DNA of 64,000 bases from a virus, in the IMG/VR virus record IMGVR_UViG_3300020183_000007, positions 1 through 64,000 of that record, one strand, 5' to 3'. This document shows, in pieces, positions 49,259 through 59,077 of this stretch; within the stretch, counting starts at the first letter, position 1; each line of letters begins with the position of its first letter. The position numbers were made by a program, and so were the translations under genes. The notes under the pieces were generated by a model. The model saw nothing but the letters and a program-made list of their open reading frames with translations, ran no database searches and was not told the origin of the DNA.

Positions 49259-52200
49259 TTATCTAACCCCTGCACTTATGTCAATTTGTTGACCACCAAA
49301 TGGATTCATTACCGGAGTAACAGAACCGCTAACTCCCATGCCATTCATTAAAGAGCGCAACCTATATGACACATCAGCATTGGAGTTCGAAGAGTAGTCA
49401 AACCGAGGATAACTCGGATTAGCCAAATTAGCTTCTCTTATTTGTTGAGGATAGTAACCCATTTGAGACATTTCAAGACCCATGTGCTGACCTATTTTAA
49501 TCTTAACAGAGTCCATATTTGTATTGGGATGCCAGCCCTCCCACCCCTCACCGGGAAGTTCGTGTCTACTAAAATAATCTGTTAACTCTGGACGCTTCTC
49601 AACAGGCATCCCCCATGCTGCTTCGTATATTCTTCTTTCTAATCTTCCAGCTGTAGAAAGTATCCTTTCCCTATCTTCTTCTGGAGCATTAATCATTGCC
49701 TTAAAATGCTCTCTCTTCCTTTTTGGAATCGCTAAAGATAAAGATTCTACATCACTTCCATATTTACCTGTACCAATAGCTTCTATTGGTGCTCCATACA
49801 TTGTTCTTTTTGCTGCTGATCTAAACTGAAAAGCTGCTGCTGCGTCTCCGGAAGATTCTGCCATGTTAGCTAACCTTGTATTTTTTACATAACTTAGAAT
49901 ATCAGCATACTCTTCAAGGGCTAATTCCTTTTTTCTTTCTATTGGTATAAATCTATCTCCAGTTATTGCCTCTTGAAGATTTGCCCCAGTAGAAGCTACT
50001 AAACCAGTCGCGGCACCTAGGCCAGACATGACTAATTTTCCAGGCTGCGTTCTACCTGCAAAGAGTCCGAAAGCAGCTAAGCTTGCAGAAGCAGCTAATG
50101 GATTTCTATCTGCAGCTTTGTTAAGCATTGGTTCTATAAAGCTTTCAAATGGCCTTTGCCATTCGGGGAATGTAGCCCCATAAACATTATTTCTTTCCCA
50201 ATCTTCTACTGCTGTCTGTTTATTAATAAATTTTCTATTGATAAAAGTATCTCTGTGAGCAATGTATTCTGCAGCTCTGGATAGATTGTGGACTAATGGA
50301 TTAGTTCCAGCTTCTTGAGCGGTTTTGCCCACATGACTGTATTCAGAAAAGCTTTCCTTCTGCTGTATAGATGCCACTCTCTCTCTAATGCTGTCTGCTT
50401 GCAGTCTTTCTGATGGATCATCTAAATAGCTGTTAATTTTTTTATCTAAATATCTATACTGCTTAGAATATGGAGCGACATCACCAAGTATTTTAAACTG
50501 ATCCAATAAACCATATCTTCCAGTTTCGTCTGAATGTAACTGGTTTAATCTTTCATAAGCGACTCCGGGTAAACGCAATTCGCCTTCTTGAACTTTTGTA
50601 AAAGGATCTCCCCTAGTAAAATCTAAATAATATTCTGGTCCTGGCAAAAATGGATACTGTTTGCCCATGGTGTTTTGTATTGGATTAAGGTAATCCACAC
50701 CAGTTCTTTCTTTTGGTATAAATCTTCTAGTTATTTCGGAAAATTCTATCGAACCAAAATTTCTTCCACCCAACATTGGAACGTCGCCAAGTCCACCAAG
50801 ATTATAATCCCAGAACTGCCTACTCATACCGTATGCTTTAGAGGCAGACTGTAGAACAGCTCTTTGTGGTTCAAAGTCTCCTTGACCATATCCAAAAGAT
50901 TCTCTGAATGTTGCGCTAGCAAAACCATAGATACCTAAGGCCTCTTGGGTTCTGTACCCAAATTCTTGAAGCTGCACCTGTGGATCGCTAACTGAAATTG
51001 GCGAACCTGCACCAACAATTCTTGGCGGCATCATCCCAGGAGTTTTTGGTGGACCATATGCCATCTGAGTATACTGATTATTTATTTGACCTATATTTTG
51101 CATAGTCGAATATTTAGCAGTATTTAAAGCTCCTGCCCTGCCTGCCAACTGAGCATTTATTGATGCCTGCATTCCTGGTCCGGGCCCACCAGAAGAAACA
51201 CCCATTGACATCATAGGCATTCCCCCCTGCGCTGATCCGCCAATAAAAGCTTGACCAGATTGCTGCTGCGCAGCTTGCCCTGGCAGCATTGGCATGGCTG
51301 CTTGCTGCAAATAAGCGCTTGCATCATATGCTCCAGACTGCCCTGCTGGAGCATAGTTTGATAAGGCTTGGGAAACTTCTTGTTCGTGCATTTTTACTTG
51401 AGGCTTTAATACTCTACCCAAAGTGGCATTTAGAGCAGGAGTTAGCGGACCAAAAGGACCAGAAAAATACTCTCCACTCACAGGATAAGGTCTGTCCTCA
51501 TAATGTTTTCTTTCAAAACGATATGGATCCAATGGACGCAGTGGAGATACATCTGTATAAAATAACGCTCTTTCAATAGGTGAACCATACGTGTCAGAAG
51601 TAAACATCGACCCTGTTTCAATCTTACGATAAATGCTAGGCCTATAATACATTATCTTTCCGCCCATAAAAGGCGTATTACCTAATGGCCAAAAACGACC
51701 TTGTCTTATGGGTACTTCGCCCTCAAAAAGCTGTTCTCTTTTTTCTTCATAGCTCATTCCGCCAGGCATAATTCCCGCACCTAATGCATGAACTTCGCCT
51801 ACAGCTTTTGCGGCAGCGCCAACAAAGAATGGAGAATAAACCCTTTCTCCTCTTGCATCTTTTTCGTTTACCATTCCACCAATTGTTCTATCAGCAGTCA
51901 TAAACGCTAATCCACCGGCATATAGTGGTAATACTCTTTTGCCTATCATACCTCGCGCAAAAAGATCCAATGGAGAGCCATACTGATTTACGTCTAGTTG
52001 CAAACCAACTGTGCCAAAATATTTATTTAATCTTTCCACACCATGAGAAACTGCGGCAGAGAGATTAGAATAATTTTCCGGACTACTATAAGTATTTATC
52101 CCTGCAACACTCTTTAATGCGCCTACAGGATTTCTAGAAAATACGCTACCAAAAGTAGGAACCAATAAAACGTCTGCTCCAGGCCCAGTAGCAGAACCCA

Positions 52201-55200
52201 GTGGGTCTGTAGCTAAATGAGATATCTTAAACGATGCGGTGCTTAGTGAGGGATATAATAATTTTTTAGCTAAACCCAGCTTACCTATTTCTCCAACTCT
52301 TTCAATTGAACCTGTTGCAAATGGCTGAATTAGTTCAGGGGCAGCTTCTAATGATTCTATTGTATTTGCAAGTGCTCTTCTTTGAACCTGAATTTCTTTT
52401 AGAAAGGATCTGTTAGCTCTTACTGAGTTTAGATTGGTTAGAGCTCCAAATGCTGCGGCTTGTGCTTCGGCCAATTCGCCAGCTGGCATTTCTTTAGCCA
52501 TCTGTGCTAAAGCTTGGTTTATTTTAATAAAATTTTGACCAAATGTTTGACTCGTACTATTTGCAATTAATTCATTTCTTTGAATTAAAAACTTAAATAA
52601 TTCGTTTGTTAACTCATCTTCTCTTGTAATAATTGTTGGGCTAACCGAACGAATTTGTGAACCAGATAAAAGATCTGATTCTTCTAATACTTTCCTAATT
52701 CTAGATTCACTTTGGTACAACGTTGCGGGATCAATGCCCTGTCTTCTTAAAACATTTGCATCTCTTTCGATATTTCTAAGTAAGACATTAGCGAAGTCTA
52801 TTTTGTCTTGCACATTCTGAAGATCAGTTATTCTCCTACCATTAAATGTAGCTAAGGCCGGATCTGCTACTTCAATTTTTTGCATTGCACGTCGAGAAAA
52901 ACCGGCTTTAAATGTTCTTCTTCTAAAACCTTCAAAAGCTTCTAGCAAAGCTTTTTCTGAAACCATTTCTTGACCAGTTTCGGCATTGATTACATTTACC
53001 TTTTGAACATTGCCATCTACATCTTTAATGATGTTCCTTCTTAAGGTGCCGGCTTTTGTGATGATATCTTTTCCGGCTATTACTTCTGCAAAAAATCTAG
53101 GATTTTCTGGATCGATATTTCTTCTAGAAAATCTAGACATGAAACCAAATATTGAGTTTGGCTGGTCATAGTTTATATCAAAAGCTTGTCTAAATCTCAA
53201 TTCTTTTTCTGGCGTTACACCAAATCTAGATAGAGCAGAAAAGAATTTACTTCTAAATGTATTTTCCTGATAGTTTAAAGAGTTAAGTGACTCAGCATCT
53301 CTTTCGGCAGCAGCGTTTCTGGCTGCACGAGTTAAAAGCTGCGAACTGTTTTTCTTTAAAGGTCTAAAAGTTCCATCTAATGTTCTAGAAGTGTATTGTT
53401 GAGCCATGACGTTGTAATTAAACGCCATAACATTGCCTTTGGTTTTTCCACCACTAAAAAATAAATAGAAGTCAGCAGATTTATCTGCTTCCTGCAAAAA
53501 CGGCTGAGAAATTTTACCTTGGATAAATTGGAATGGTGCTCGTCCAGACATTTCATTAAACGACTGCTTAGCGGCTAAATCTGCTGGATTAAAACCAAGA
53601 ACTGGTATTCTTAAATCATTAGCTAAAAAGTTTCCAACATTTCTTACAGACTGTTTTATTCCAGAAACATCTAAAATATTACCTGTTTTAGTGATAAAGA
53701 TATCAGGAAGAACAGAAACACTCGAAGCTGTTTTTGTTGGATCAGCCCTAACCATACTGGATGATAATTGATTAATAAAACTTTGAGTTTCCTCATCTAG
53801 ATTTGCGAACACTCCACGTTGAGTTGCCTCGTCAACAGTTATTTGCCTTAAACCTAAAAGATTAAAACCGCTAGCAAAAACACCAGAGCTTATTTGCTTT
53901 TCTCTAACAAGAAAACTTCTTAGCTGACCAAGGTTTTTTACATCAAGACCAACCTTACCTAAAGACTCCCCTAACTCACCCCTAGTTAAGTCTGTGCCAT
54001 CAGCTGATTTTAGTTTCATTCCTAATCTTTGAGCAGATCTTTTAATTAGAAAATCTTTTTGTGCGTAAGATAAGTTATCCAAATCAAGAAAATCTTCAAA
54101 ATCTGCTTTCTTAGTTTTTAAAACTTTTCCAGCTACCTTAAACATTCCTTGTTCCTGGAATGCCTTATACCCCTTTGTGGCTTTAGCTTTTATGGCGGCC
54201 TGAAACTCTGCTCCTGCGAAGAGTCTGTTTGCATCAATGATTGATTGCTGTAGAACATCAGAATTGCCAACTTTTTGAACAAATTCATCTGCTCTATTTT
54301 TTGATAAAGTTCCTTTAAATCTATTTATTATTTCGTCAAATGGCTCATCGCCATCAAGGAGTATTTTAGTTTCGCCTATAGTTATTCTTCTTGATGGCTC
54401 CATAGCGGTTTTATTGATATCTATATCGTCAATAAACTTTGCTATAGTTTTTGCAAAATCATCTCTATCTGACGTTGCAGTTTTTTCCATCAAAGATCTA
54501 TATAAGACCTTCTTATACTCGGTTTGCTCTATTCCCTTATAGAACTCTGACGAATAAAAACTCTCAGAACCCATTGGTCCACCAAATGTTCTAGCCATTT
54601 TGCTAGCCATAGTGGCCATTCTATTGGAAGAGTTAGCTTGAAGATTTTCTATAATTCCTTTTAGCTGCCTTCTGTAGGCGTCAGGATTTGCAGCGCCATA
54701 TTTTTGAACAGCAGCATCAAAGTCAATGGCTCTAGTTACGACATCGTAACCTTGACCTACTTTACGGAATTGATTTATACCCTGTCTAACGGCACTGCCA
54801 ACGCCTCTAAGTCCAGGAAATAAATCTATATATCCAGAATTTCCATTAACGTCATTACCAAATGCGTATTGGGTCGCTACATTTCTTGCCCTTTTAAGCT
54901 TAGACCCCTTGGAATCTTCATAGATTTGCTTTGCTCTAAGATTTCTTGTTCTTGAAAGAATCGTATTAATATCAACTCTTTGTTGATTATATTCTGTAGT
55001 AGCAGCTTTTATCGCTCCACTGGTTTGAGCAGAAACTTTTATAGCTTTTTGAGTTATATTTGCTAAATCATGACCAACTTCAGACATAATATCTGCCAAA
55101 TTAACAAACATTCTTGAAGAAGTTGTTTTCAGATCTGTCGTGCCAGTCGACCTTGCCAAGTCTGACATTGAATATCTAAAATTAGACAGTGAAGATCTAG

Positions 55201-55954
55201 CATTCCCGATGGCAGCGCCACCGACTTCGAACGGAATCATCATTGAGACTAGGTTAATTGTGGAATCTTTAACAAAATCTGTAACTACGTCAACAGGATT
55301 ATACCATTTAACCTTAGAATCGTCTCTACCGCCAAAAATTGGATCAACTATAGCTTTCTGACCAACATACATCGCCGGCAGTTCGTAGGGCATTCTACGG
55401 GCCATAGAGACTAAGCGAGACTGAGATTCCTCTCGGAAACCCCATACTCCAGCTGTCTCATACTCTATCCCTTTTCCACTTCTTCTAATTTCTCCAGCAG
55501 TCCAGTGATAACCTCTGTCTGTGTGCTTGATCACGCCGGTAGTAAGCTTGCCTTCTGCTGTCTCAAAGACAAGTCGGGAATACGGATCTAGTTGATCGGG
55601 AGTATTCCCATCAATCATTCGGCTAACACCAGAAAGCTCGTCTAACTCTTTTCTGATTTTAGGAAATACATTAACAATATTAGAAGAAAATCTGCTAGCA
55701 CCACTGTCAGCTCTATCCTGAACAGTCTTGGCCAGCCTTAGTCCACCCTCTTTTGTTAGCTTTGACAAAACAAAAGCCGAAGCCATTGTTGTTGCTGCAG
55801 TAGATATAAATCTTAGAACAGGGTGATCATTTAAAGCTTTTGTAATAAAAGACGAATTAGGGGCATCTCCCCTTTCTTCATCAACCATAGTTGGGACGTC
55901 TCTAGACGTCACGCTGTAGCCTAGATTATGAATAGGTCCCGGATCTCTAATCAA
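49259..55954 (-). CDS. Tape-measure-like / ejected protein (2231 aa)
   Basis: Directly follows the chaperone pair; largely helical, A/G/K/R-rich, with several hydrophobic segments. Confidence 0.72.
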   Translation of the reverse strand: MIRDPGPIHNLGYSVTSRDVPTMVDEERGDAPNSSFITKALNDHPVLRFISTAATTMASAFVLSKLTKEGGLRLAKTVQDRADSGASRFSSNIVNVFPKIRKELDELSGVSRMIDGNTPDQLDPYSRLVFETAEGKLTTGVIKHTDRGYHWTAGEIRRSGKGIEYETAGVWGFREESQSRLVSMARRMPYELPAMYVGQKAIVDPIFGGRDDSKVKWYNPVDVVTDFVKDSTINLVSMMIPFEVGGAAIGNARSSLSNFRYSMSDLARSTGTTDLKTTSSRMFVNLADIMSEVGHDLANITQKAIKVSAQTSGAIKAATTEYNQQRVDINTILSRTRNLRAKQIYEDSKGSKLKRARNVATQYAFGNDVNGNSGYIDLFPGLRGVGSAVRQGINQFRKVGQGYDVVTRAIDFDAAVQKYGAANPDAYRRQLKGIIENLQANSSNRMATMASKMARTFGGPMGSESFYSSEFYKGIEQTEYKKVLYRSLMEKTATSDRDDFAKTIAKFIDDIDINKTAMEPSRRITIGETKILLDGDEPFDEIINRFKGTLSKNRADEFVQKVGNSDVLQQSIIDANRLFAGAEFQAAIKAKATKGYKAFQEQGMFKVAGKVLKTKKADFEDFLDLDNLSYAQKDFLIKRSAQRLGMKLKSADGTDLTRGELGESLGKVGLDVKNLGQLRSFLVREKQISSGVFASGFNLLGLRQITVDEATQRGVFANLDEETQSFINQLSSSMVRADPTKTASSVSVLPDIFITKTGNILDVSGIKQSVRNVGNFLANDLRIPVLGFNPADLAAKQSFNEMSGRAPFQFIQGKISQPFLQEADKSADFYLFFSGGKTKGNVMAFNYNVMAQQYTSRTLDGTFRPLKKNSSQLLTRAARNAAAERDAESLNSLNYQENTFRSKFFSALSRFGVTPEKELRFRQAFDINYDQPNSIFGFMSRFSRRNIDPENPRFFAEVIAGKDIITKAGTLRRNIIKDVDGNVQKVNVINAETGQEMVSEKALLEAFEGFRRRTFKAGFSRRAMQKIEVADPALATFNGRRITDLQNVQDKIDFANVLLRNIERDANVLRRQGIDPATLYQSESRIRKVLEESDLLSGSQIRSVSPTIITREDELTNELFKFLIQRNELIANSTSQTFGQNFIKINQALAQMAKEMPAGELAEAQAAAFGALTNLNSVRANRSFLKEIQVQRRALANTIESLEAAPELIQPFATGSIERVGEIGKLGLAKKLLYPSLSTASFKISHLATDPLGSATGPGADVLLVPTFGSVFSRNPVGALKSVAGINTYSSPENYSNLSAAVSHGVERLNKYFGTVGLQLDVNQYGSPLDLFARGMIGKRVLPLYAGGLAFMTADRTIGGMVNEKDARGERVYSPFFVGAAAKAVGEVHALGAGIMPGGMSYEEKREQLFEGEVPIRQGRFWPLGNTPFMGGKIMYYRPSIYRKIETGSMFTSDTYGSPIERALFYTDVSPLRPLDPYRFERKHYEDRPYPVSGEYFSGPFGPLTPALNATLGRVLKPQVKMHEQEVSQALSNYAPAGQSGAYDASAYLQQAAMPMLPGQAAQQQSGQAFIGGSAQGGMPMMSMGVSSGGPGPGMQASINAQLAGRAGALNTAKYSTMQNIGQINNQYTQMAYGPPKTPGMMPPRIVGAGSPISVSDPQVQLQEFGYRTQEALGIYGFASATFRESFGYGQGDFEPQRAVLQSASKAYGMSRQFWDYNLGGLGDVPMLGGRNFGSIEFSEITRRFIPKERTGVDYLNPIQNTMGKQYPFLPGPEYYLDFTRGDPFTKVQEGELRLPGVAYERLNQLHSDETGRYGLLDQFKILGDVAPYSKQYRYLDKKINSYLDDPSERLQADSIRERVASIQQKESFSEYSHVGKTAQEAGTNPLVHNLSRAAEYIAHRDTFINRKFINKQTAVEDWERNNVYGATFPEWQRPFESFIEPMLNKAADRNPLAASASLAAFGLFAGRTQPGKLVMSGLGAATGLVASTGANLQEAITGDRFIPIERKKELALEEYADILSYVKNTRLANMAESSGDAAAAFQFRSAAKRTMYGAPIEAIGTGKYGSDVESLSLAIPKRKREHFKAMINAPEEDRERILSTAGRLERRIYEAAWGMPVEKRPELTDYFSRHELPGEGWEGWHPNTNMDSVKIKIGQHMGLEMSQMGYYPQQIREANLANPSYPRFDYSSNSNADVSYRLRSLMNGMGVSGSVTPVMNPFGGQQIDISAGVR

Positions 55955-55967
55955 TTTCTTTCCCTAC

Positions 55968-56597
55968 TTATCTTATACCCCACAGCTTTTGGGCAATAGG
56001 ATCTTCATATACAGCCTCGCCATCTTTCTTGGAAAGATTATGTCTAGCTGCAGAAATCTTCTGTTTTTGCTCTTCTTCTTCGGGATCTATCAACTGAATC
56101 TTTAAGTCAGTAGATTCCATACCATTAGCATTTTGTTTTATTTCAATTATCTTTTCAGATAAAGCTACTTTTTCTGCTAATTCAGAGAAAGTCATATTCT
56201 CCAAATCTTCTGGAGTATATGATGTTATAGTAGCTAAAACAAATGCTTTCATTAAATTTTTAACTTCAGTTGCTTCAAACCTTTTTTCATCAAGAATTCT
56301 CTTAGCAATTGAAGCACTGAAGAAGCCAGATATATCTAATATTTCGGAAGACAAGTTGGCAACAATACCCGGGGGTATCGTCATCGTATCGAAACCCTCC
56401 GGGTATATTACGGCAAATTCGAGAATAATATCTTCGATGTCAGAAGAGTCAACATCTTCTAGGGTTTTTAGATAAAGAATTTTATCGTATTCTTTGAAGG
56501 TTAATTCTCTGAAAACAACAGTTTCATTTTTTATATTAACACTATAAATGTTGCCGTATTTATTTTTCAAAGAAAAAATAAAATCAGCTGTTAACAT
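55968..56597 (-). CDS. Tail assembly chaperone paralogue 2 (C-terminally extended)
   Basis: KNKYGNIY..VVFRELTFKEY..AVIYP..GIVANLSSEILDISGF. Confidence 0.7.
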   Translation of the reverse strand: MLTADFIFSLKNKYGNIYSVNIKNETVVFRELTFKEYDKILYLKTLEDVDSSDIEDIILEFAVIYPEGFDTMTIPPGIVANLSSEILDISGFFSASIAKRILDEKRFEATEVKNLMKAFVLATITSYTPEDLENMTFSELAEKVALSEKIIEIKQNANGMESTDLKIQLIDPEEEEQKQKISAARHNLSKKDGEAVYEDPIAQKLWGIR

Positions 56598-56598
56598 T

Positions 56599-57156
56599 TT
56601 ATAACTGTCTTACCTCTAGCGCTACGAATCCAGAAGCCTCTAATACCTCCTGGGATATTAGTGATGGCAAGCCAGCCATAAACCCTACTGCATTGGTCTT
56701 ATCAAATCTAGGGTAGAGCATACACAGTTCAGCTATAGTTTCTTCGTTCCAAAGATTAGCCTCAGCTGTAGATAACTGACCAGACTGAACCAATTGCTCC
56801 ATCTTCTTAACAATTTGCTTGTATTCAGCTCTATTAAGAACACGCCACACAACATGCTTATCATATGTGATTGAGGTGACATAAATGTCGCCGTACTGCT
56901 TTTTCCACTCTTTGACAATACCGGCTTTAGGACCGTCTTTCCAGATTTCTTCTTCGTCTGGGACCTGTTCTATGTCGGTATACTGCTTTTGTTCCTCTTC
57001 AGCGATATCTGCCAAAAACTGCTCATCATCTTCCAATTCAACATCCATAGAATTTATATCATCAGATCCTGAAAGGGTAAAATTAATTTCCTGAGAAGTA
57101 TTTGTATCTTCTATTTCTAGATTCTGTAAAACAACTTTTCTTTTATTTTCCATCAT
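56599..57156 (-). CDS. Tail assembly chaperone paralogue 1
   Basis: WKKQYGDIY..VVWRVLNRAEY..CMLYP..GLPSLISQEVLEASGF; acidic N-terminus. Confidence 0.72.
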   Translation of the reverse strand: MMENKRKVVLQNLEIEDTNTSQEINFTLSGSDDINSMDVELEDDEQFLADIAEEEQKQYTDIEQVPDEEEIWKDGPKAGIVKEWKKQYGDIYVTSITYDKHVVWRVLNRAEYKQIVKKMEQLVQSGQLSTAEANLWNEETIAELCMLYPRFDKTNAVGFMAGLPSLISQEVLEASGFVALEVRQL

Positions 57157-57176
57157 ATCTCCTTGAACTAATCATT

Positions 57177-57189
57177 ATACATTATATCA
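57177..57189 (-). promoter_or_regulatory. Extended -10 promoter element TGATATAATGTAT
   Basis: The 13-mer is identical to the one at 6790..6802; intergenic, upstream of an AAGGAG RBS. Confidence 0.55.
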
Positions 57190-57192
57190 TAA

Positions 57193-58194
57193 TCATATTA
57201 TAGGAGCTAAACCACCTAGTGTTTGACCCAAATTTGTTACATAATTTAAATTCTCCGCAATTGCCAAAGGTGCCAACGGACCAGAAGAAACATTTTCAGC
57301 CGAAGCTCTCTTTATAAAAGTTGTGTCTACCTCTGTGAAATAATGATCTCTTGCCATAAATTGATAAGTTTCCACAACTGGCTGCCCACCTGGGGCATAT
57401 ACTGTTGACATATTAATCAGGTTTACTTCTTGTATTACAATTTTCATTGGAGAACTTAAAGAAGTGGATTTAACCACTCTTTGATTAACGTCAGAAAGCA
57501 TTGTTCTAGAAAGATTATCTAAAGAACCATTAAATTCTAGATCATTTGTATCTGTCTGAAATAGGTTTTTGGGCGACAAAGCGACTTCCTCCATGCCATA
57601 AACTATAACAAGGTTAAAAGGAGGATGTGCGCTAAATATATTTCTATTAGAGTCTATGATATTCTTAAAATATGGATCATCTGTAATTCTGTCTAACTGA
57701 CCTCTTTCCCAATATTTATCAATTAAAGCCTCATCTTCTTCTGTTTCTAATTGGCTTCTTAAATTAGATAGAACTCTGCCTGGAGCACTTTTGTTATTTG
57801 CTAGTGCAGATCTAGTTGATGCTGCCTTCTCTAGTAATTCCGTCATCCTTCTCGGGTATCTAGTGTATAAGGCTATTTCTCCAGTTATAATTCTAGTTCC
57901 ATACATTATAGCATCGTAATTGTATGACCAAAATCCATATAATGGCTGTTTTTCTTGACGTACATTGAAAGCAAAAGTTGCTATATCTAATTCATCATTG
58001 GGATCAAATAATCCATCAATAAAAATTTTGATATCCTCTCCGCTAAAGTAATAATCGTAATAGTTGCTAAATCTTCGATCTGTAGAATTACCACCACTCC
58101 AAGTTAAGTCTAGTCTTTCATTGATTGGATTAAATTCTTTTCTAGCGTTACTGGAAAAAATTCCAGGAAAAACCTGTGCAATTGGTGCTGGCAT
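57193..58194 (-). CDS. Tail tube paralogue 3 (minor/initiator)
   Basis: YFSGEDIKIFIDG, FAFNVRQEKQPLYGF, GTRIITGEI, PPFNLVIVYG, EQ/ET-Y-x-FMARD-type C-terminal motif. Confidence 0.7.
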   Translation of the reverse strand: MPAPIAQVFPGIFSSNARKEFNPINERLDLTWSGGNSTDRRFSNYYDYYFSGEDIKIFIDGLFDPNDELDIATFAFNVRQEKQPLYGFWSYNYDAIMYGTRIITGEIALYTRYPRRMTELLEKAASTRSALANNKSAPGRVLSNLRSQLETEEDEALIDKYWERGQLDRITDDPYFKNIIDSNRNIFSAHPPFNLVIVYGMEEVALSPKNLFQTDTNDLEFNGSLDNLSRTMLSDVNQRVVKSTSLSSPMKIVIQEVNLINMSTVYAPGGQPVVETYQFMARDHYFTEVDTTFIKRASAENVSSGPLAPLAIAENLNYVTNLGQTLGGLAPII

Positions 58195-58206
58195 GATATT
58201 ACCTTT

Positions 58207-59004
58207 CTAGAGACGGAATCTTCGAGGAGGCACAACCTCAACCGGAACTGTTGGTCTATTGTAGTTTGTATTATAATATTCAGTTTCTTCAACTTGCTCC
58301 TGCAGAGCAGCTAGATCAGCAATAATTAAATCACCAAAAACATTTGTACTGATTTGATCCCTAGCTTTCATCTCATCAGTGTAGGATGTGTCCCTGGAAA
58401 CTGTACTATCATCAGGCATTCTGACCAGAGGTTGTATGCCCCTAGCCATATAGGTGTATGTTTGTTCGGTAATTAAGTCATCTATAGATAGAGTCTGCCC
58501 TTCATCGACTATTGTTACTCCAAATATTTTCATCTTTGAACCAATACCATATTCATTGAAGAATGTTATAACAATATCAAATGGGGGCAACATATCTGCC
58601 AATGGAGCAAAGTACCCGGTTTTTCTTGCTAAATATTGCTTAAATTCTTTTATACGATAAAAAGCGTACTCGTTAAAAACTGTAAATATTAAGCTTCCAG
58701 CAATTGTTCTGCCACCTTTTATAAATCCCCTAACGTTAACATGACCTAGCGTTCTTACTGGAGAATTCTCTCTGTGTATAGAATAGGAAATTGTTTGCAG
58801 TTCTCCAAGATTTATAGAATCTCCTTGAGACTCGACATTTCCATCTGGACCTATTACTGGTAAAACAATTGTGGCAACAGCGTCTGCGCCAGAATATGAC
58901 ATTGTAGATAAATATTTTTCCCAGTCATAAAGATCATTGCCACTTTGCGGAGCGGGTTCTTGTTGTTTACTTTTTCTAAAAGTATATGTTTTAATTTGTC
59001 CCAT
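58207..59004 (-). CDS. Tail tube paralogue 2
   Basis: SYSGAD, LQTISYSIHRENSPVRTLG, GGRTIAGSLIFTVF, PPFDIVITFFNEYG, EQTYTYMARG. Likely start 59004 after GGAG. Confidence 0.78.
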   Translation of the reverse strand: MGQIKTYTFRKSKQQEPAPQSGNDLYDWEKYLSTMSYSGADAVATIVLPVIGPDGNVESQGDSINLGELQTISYSIHRENSPVRTLGHVNVRGFIKGGRTIAGSLIFTVFNEYAFYRIKEFKQYLARKTGYFAPLADMLPPFDIVITFFNEYGIGSKMKIFGVTIVDEGQTLSIDDLITEQTYTYMARGIQPLVRMPDDSTVSRDTSYTDEMKARDQISTNVFGDLIIADLAALQEQVEETEYYNTNYNRPTVPVEVVPPRRFRL

Positions 59005-59014
59005 TAAAATCTCC

Positions 59015-59059
59015 AAAAAATAAATAAATGCATGGAAGATACCTCCCATGCACTTATTT
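59015..59059 (-). terminator. Intrinsic terminator after the major tube gene
   Basis: AAAUAAGUGCAUGGGAG-GUAU-CUUCCAUGCAUUUAUUU stem followed by AUUUUUU on the minus strand. Confidence 0.8.
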
Positions 59060-59077
59060 CGGCGACACTAGAAATTA

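Noticed and set aside
49259-55954. P23-45-style RNAP fused to the tape-measure protein
   Set aside because: No DxDxD or KG/K barrel motifs were found in the 2231-aa protein; they are in the next gene.
56590-56610. Programmed frameshift between the chaperone genes
   Set aside because: No X-XXY-YYZ slippery heptamer is evident; the second gene has its own ATG and a full chaperone core.
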